Positions 60,406-64,000 of a DNA stretch of 64,000 nt are shown here, in pieces. The notes beneath the pieces were generated by a model that was not told where the DNA came from, made no database searches, and saw nothing but the letters and a program-made list of their open reading frames with translations. The position numbers and the translations under genes are program-made. The stretch is taken from assembly GCA_944387205.1 (NCBI GenBank), contig CALXDZ010000118.1:16309-80308 (forward strand), read 5' to 3'. The first letter of the stretch is position 1. Each line of letters starts with the position of its first letter. Source of the stretch: an uncultured Oscillospiraceae bacterium (GTDB lineage Bacteria; Bacillota; Clostridia; Oscillospirales; Oscillospiraceae).

Positions 60406-61069
60406 AGTAGCCCACTCCCCACTTTGTCAGGATATGCTCCGGCTCCGCCGGGTTCCGCTCCAGCTTCTCCCGCAGGCGGCGGATATGGACATCCACCGTC
60501 CGGTAATCCCCGCCGTAGGAATAGCCCCACACCACATTCATCAAATTCTCCCGGCTGTACACCCGCCGGGGATTGCGCATGAGCAGCTCGATAAGGTCGT
60601 ACTCCTTGGCGGTGAGATCGATGGTCTCCCCGTCCCGGATGGCCACCCGCTGCTGGGTGTCCAGGGACAGCTCCCCCACCGTCAGCACGGTGCCCGCCGT
60701 CCGCTGGACCCCGGCGCTGCGCCGCAGGAGAGCCCGAACCCGGGCCTTGAGCTCCAGGATGTTGAAGGGCTTGGTGATATAGTCGTCTGCGCCACACTCA
60801 AAGCCCATCAACTTGTCCGCGTCCTCGCTTTTGGCAGTGAGCATGATGATGGGCACATTGGAAAACTCCCGGATGCGCATACAGGCCTCCAGCCCGTCGA
60901 TCTCCGGCATCATCACGTCCAGGATCAGCAGATCGAACCGCCCCTCCCGGGCCAGCTCCACCGCCGCGGCCCCGTCATAGGCCGTCTCCACCTCGTACCC
61001 CTCATTCTCCAGGTTGAATTTCATGCCCTTGACCAGGGTGCGCTCATCATCTACCACTAAAATTCTCAT
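60392..61069 (-). CDS. OmpR/WalR-family response regulator
   Basis: [42 protein letters not shown]. Confidence 0.95.
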   Translation of the reverse strand: MRILVVDDERTLVKGMKFNLENEGYEVETAYDGAAAVELAREGRFDLLILDVMMPEIDGLEACMRIREFSNVPIIMLTAKSEDADKLMGFECGADDYITKPFNILELKARVRALLRRSAGVQRTAGTVLTVGELSLDTQQRVAIRDGETIDLTAKEYDLIELLMRNPRRVYSRENLMNVVWGYSYGGDYRTVDVHIRRLREKLERNPAEPEHILTKWGVGYYFKG

Positions 61070-61434
61070 TTCGTCTCTCCCACTGTGATGCTGTCCCGAA
61101 TGTCCGCAAAGATAGCCTCGCCGATGCCCTTGACCTCCATGATCTCTTCAATGGAGGCAAAGGAGCCGTTTGCCTGGCGATAATCCACAATACGCTGGGC
61201 AATGACCGCTCCGATCCCCGGCAGCTGGTCCAGCTCCTCCGCCGAGGCGGTGTTGATGTCGATCAAAAGGGGCTCCGGAGCCACCGTCTCCTGGGCAGTG
61301 CGCTCCGTGGTGACTGTGTAGGTTCCGCTCTGGCCCACCTGGCTGTCCCGGTAAAAAAGGGCAGCAAGGACGCACAAGAATATCACGGTCAAAACCAGCA
61401 GATATCTCTCGCTTTTAGATACTTTTGCTCTCAC
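61066..61434 (-). CDS. ComEA-like membrane-anchored helix-hairpin-helix DNA-binding protein
   Basis: N-terminal TM, IDINTAS...LPGIG...A.RIVDYR...F...VKGIG. Confidence 0.85.
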   Translation of the reverse strand: MRAKVSKSERYLLVLTVIFLCVLAALFYRDSQVGQSGTYTVTTERTAQETVAPEPLLIDINTASAEELDQLPGIGAVIAQRIVDYRQANGSFASIEEIMEVKGIGEAIFADIRDSITVGETK

Positions 61435-61562
61435 AGTTGAACTCCCCTGTATTTTTTGCTATACTAAAAACCAGAAATCTGTCGAGACGCTGCGCCGGAA
61501 GCTCCGCTCCGCCCTCGCCCATACAGATATCAAAATTATAGCACAGAATGTGGGAGATGGAT

Positions 61563-62945
61563 ATGAAAAGCAAGCGATTTTTTGCGGTTTTTTTGCTGCT
61601 GGCCCTTCTTTGCAGCCTTCTGGCTGTTCCCTGCGCTGCGGCAGAAGATGGGGAGGACAGCATCCCTACTATGGAAGTAGATGCCAAGGCCGCCCTTTTG
61701 GTGGACGGGGACACAGGAGAGGACCTCTATGCCAAAAACGAAGATGATGAACTCTACCCCGCCTCCCTGACCAAGATCATGACAGCGCTGCTGGTGCTGG
61801 AGGCCGTGGATGAGGGCAAGCTGTCTTTGGATCAGGAGATCACCGCCACAGCCACTGCCTTTTCCGGCCTCAGCGATGACGGCAGCTCCGCCGGTATTGA
61901 GCAGGGTGAGACTATGACGGTGGAGAACCTGCTGTACTGTATGCTGGTGGTTTCCGCCAACGAAGCCTGCAATATTCTTGGCGAAAAAGTGGCCGGCACC
62001 GTCTCTGCTTTCGTGGAGCAGATGAACGCCAAGGCCCAGGCCCTGGGCTGCACCCACACCCACTTTGCCAACGCCACCGGACTTCATGATACCCAGCACT
62101 ATACCTCCGCCTGGGACATGTACCTGATCACCAAGGAGGCTATGAAGTATCCCACCTTCATGACCATCTGTGACACCGCCCAATATACTGTACCTGCCAC
62201 CAACCTTTCCGAGGAGCGGGTACTGCACACCACCAACTACCTGCTCTCCAACTGGCGGGCCATCGGCTATACTTACTCCAATGCCCACGGCATCAAGACC
62301 GGCTCCACCTCTGACGCAGGGCACTGTCTGGTCTCCTCCGCCCAGGAGGGCAGCCGCTCCCTCATCAGCGTGGTGCTGGGCGCCGGCGAAAAAGAAGTGG
62401 ACGGCAAAAACCGGGTCATGAGCTTTTATGAGACCCGCCGCCTCTTTGAGTGGGGCTTTGACAACTTCTCCCGCAAGACCATCCTCAGCACCACCGAGAC
62501 CGTTCAGGAGGCGCAGGTAGATCTGTCCCGGAAGATGAATTATGTGACCCTCCGCCCGGCGGAGGATGTGGAGGCCCTGCTGCCCAACAACGTCTCCGCC
62601 GAGGACATCAAACGGGAGATCACCTTGACCAACGATCCGGTACTGGCCCCGGTCACCGAAGGTCAGGTTCTGGGCAAGATTACCCTGAGCTATGACGGCC
62701 AAGTCTGCGGTGAGACGGACCTGCTGGCCGCCAGCGAGGTCCCTGCCTCCCGTCTGCTGGTGTTCCAGTACCAGCTGGGTCAGTTCTTTGCCAAGCCTCT
62801 GGTGAAGGTCCTTCTGGTAGTGCTCATCGCGGCTATCGTGCTGCTGGTGGTGTGGCGCCTGTCCAACCGGCGCCGCCGCTCCCGCTATGGCGGCAGCCGT
62901 CACTTCGGCTCCTCCCGCAACTACCGGGGCAGACGCCGGAGATAA
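61563..62945 (+). CDS. D-alanyl-D-alanine carboxypeptidase (peptidase S11)
   Basis: Signal peptide, PASLTK (SxxK), SAN, KTG, C-terminal TM and Arg-rich tail. Confidence 0.92.
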   Translation: MKSKRFFAVFLLLALLCSLLAVPCAAAEDGEDSIPTMEVDAKAALLVDGDTGEDLYAKNEDDELYPASLTKIMTALLVLEAVDEGKLSLDQEITATATAFSGLSDDGSSAGIEQGETMTVENLLYCMLVVSANEACNILGEKVAGTVSAFVEQMNAKAQALGCTHTHFANATGLHDTQHYTSAWDMYLITKEAMKYPTFMTICDTAQYTVPATNLSEERVLHTTNYLLSNWRAIGYTYSNAHGIKTGSTSDAGHCLVSSAQEGSRSLISVVLGAGEKEVDGKNRVMSFYETRRLFEWGFDNFSRKTILSTTETVQEAQVDLSRKMNYVTLRPAEDVEALLPNNVSAEDIKREITLTNDPVLAPVTEGQVLGKITLSYDGQVCGETDLLAASEVPASRLLVFQYQLGQFFAKPLVKVLLVVLIAAIVLLVVWRLSNRRRRSRYGGSRHFGSSRNYRGRRRR

Positions 62946-62957
62946 TCAAAGCAGAAA

Positions 62958-63003
62958 CGAGGTCCGTGGTTCCCTTGCGGGAACCACGGACCTCTTCTTT
63001 TTT
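62958..63003. terminator. Bidirectional terminator
   Basis: gaggtccgtggttccc / gggaaccacggacctc plus T-tract, between convergent genes. Confidence 0.85.
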
Positions 63004-63004
63004 C

Positions 63005-64000
63005 TCAGGCCATCTCCCGGATCTGGCGCTGGATCAATCCACCCACAGTGTCGGCAAACTGGTCCATAGTTTTGATGCGGGCAAAATCCTGGCCGTAGAT
63101 GGCCTTGGCATTTTCCACGTCATCGTCCTTGCCGGTGAACACACACAGCACGCTCACCCCCGCCAGACGGGTCAGACGGACCTCCTGGGCCGTGTCCTCC
63201 ACGCCGGCCTTGCCGCCGTAGTCCTGACCCACATGCAGGGCCCCCGAGGCGGGGAATTTACCGTCGTCGTTGGGATTCACGTCCGAGAGCAGGATCAGCA
63301 GCCGGTGGGCGCAGTCGGACTGCTCCAGCAGATGCCTGGCCACCCGGATGGCCAGGCCGTCCCGGTTCCACCCTGCGGAGAAGTAGCGGAAAATGTTTCG
63401 GTTCCCGTCGCTCTCCCCATAGTCCCGGAAGAGCTTTACCACCGTGTAGCCGCTGACGCTGCAGAAGGAGTAGACCCGGGTGGGCACATCGCAGCGGGTC
63501 AGCGCCTCAGCGATCATATAGCCCTGGGCCGCCACCTGCTCCTGATTCTCCAGCTGGGAGGAGGAGCTGTCCAGCAGAATATCCACCGACAGATCTCCCG
63601 GGTCGTCCTGGTGGATCTTGGTGAAAATGCGACGGTCATTGAGCGCAATACCCCGCCAGACACGGCCCGCCGCCAGCTGTCCGGCGCTGGTGCGGACGAT
63701 CTCCGGCTCATGGTAGATCAAAAGGGCGTTGCGGATGCGCTCGCTGAGGCGGAGAATGGTGTTCTCGTGCTGGTTGCGCCGCTGCTGATAGTAATCCTCG
63801 TTCTTCTGCTGCTGGGCCTGGACCTCCTGGCTCTTCTCCGTCCGCAACGGGCCAAAGTCACCCCGGGTGAAGTGAAGATGGCACTCGGCGTGATTGCCGG
63901 TGCAAAGGGTTTTTTCCAGCTCCCGCTGCCGCTCCGGCGTACAGACGGACAAACCGAAGCTGCCCTCAATATACTGCCGCAGCTTCTCCTGATTCCTCCG
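63005..64000 (-). CDS. VWA-domain protein (NorD/CobT-like), 5' part outside the window
   Basis: ILLDSSSS MIDAS-like motif, NRDGLAIR, LLILLSD. Confidence 0.75.
   Translation of the reverse strand, partial: RRNQEKLRQYIEGSFGLSVCTPERQRELEKTLCTGNHAECHLHFTRGDFGPLRTEKSQEVQAQQQKNEDYYQQRRNQHENTILRLSERIRNALLIYHEPEIVRTSAGQLAAGRVWRGIALNDRRIFTKIHQDDPGDLSVDILLDSSSSQLENQEQVAAQGYMIAEALTRCDVPTRVYSFCSVSGYTVVKLFRDYGESDGNRNIFRYFSAGWNRDGLAIRVARHLLEQSDCAHRLLILLSDVNPNDDGKFPASGALHVGQDYGGKAGVEDTAQEVRLTRLAGVSVLCVFTGKDDDVENAKAIYGQDFARIKTMDQFADTVGGLIQRQIREMA

Overview
High-GC Clostridia-type chromosomal window, most consistent with Oscillospiraceae. That assignment is inferred from GC-rich coding, spo0A/spoIVB/cwlJ, SLH domains and the dcw layout. 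It is mostly housekeeping: ZTP-riboswitch-led pflA-pflB, ilvBN, a five-tRNA operon (Val-Asp-Phe-Gly-Cys), hslO, cwlJ/gerQ-like, spo0A-spoIVB, the mraZ to ftsZ cell-wall/division cluster, coaD/rsmD, yloU/DAK2, ychF, an LTA-synthase-like gene, htrA, brnQ, asnS, a LytTR regulatory system, psuK/psuG, a membrane pyrophosphatase, a response regulator-kinase-GerMN operon and a D,D-carboxypeptidase. I saw no transposase, integrase, phage or cas gene. Two non-coding signals stand out. (1) A family of ~150-190 bp multi-hairpin elements with compensatory base changes. Three copies form a terminator-punctuated array behind tRNA-Cys (7271-7903). A fourth sits at the asnS 3' end between perfect 40-bp direct repeats and carries a 15-nt internal complement of its own junction. 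(2) An Ile/Leu/Val-rich leader peptide with terminator and antiterminator upstream of ilvBN, i.e. apparent ribosome-stalling attenuation where T-boxes are the usual Firmicute mechanism. All calls were made by eye; no database searches or folding programs were run.
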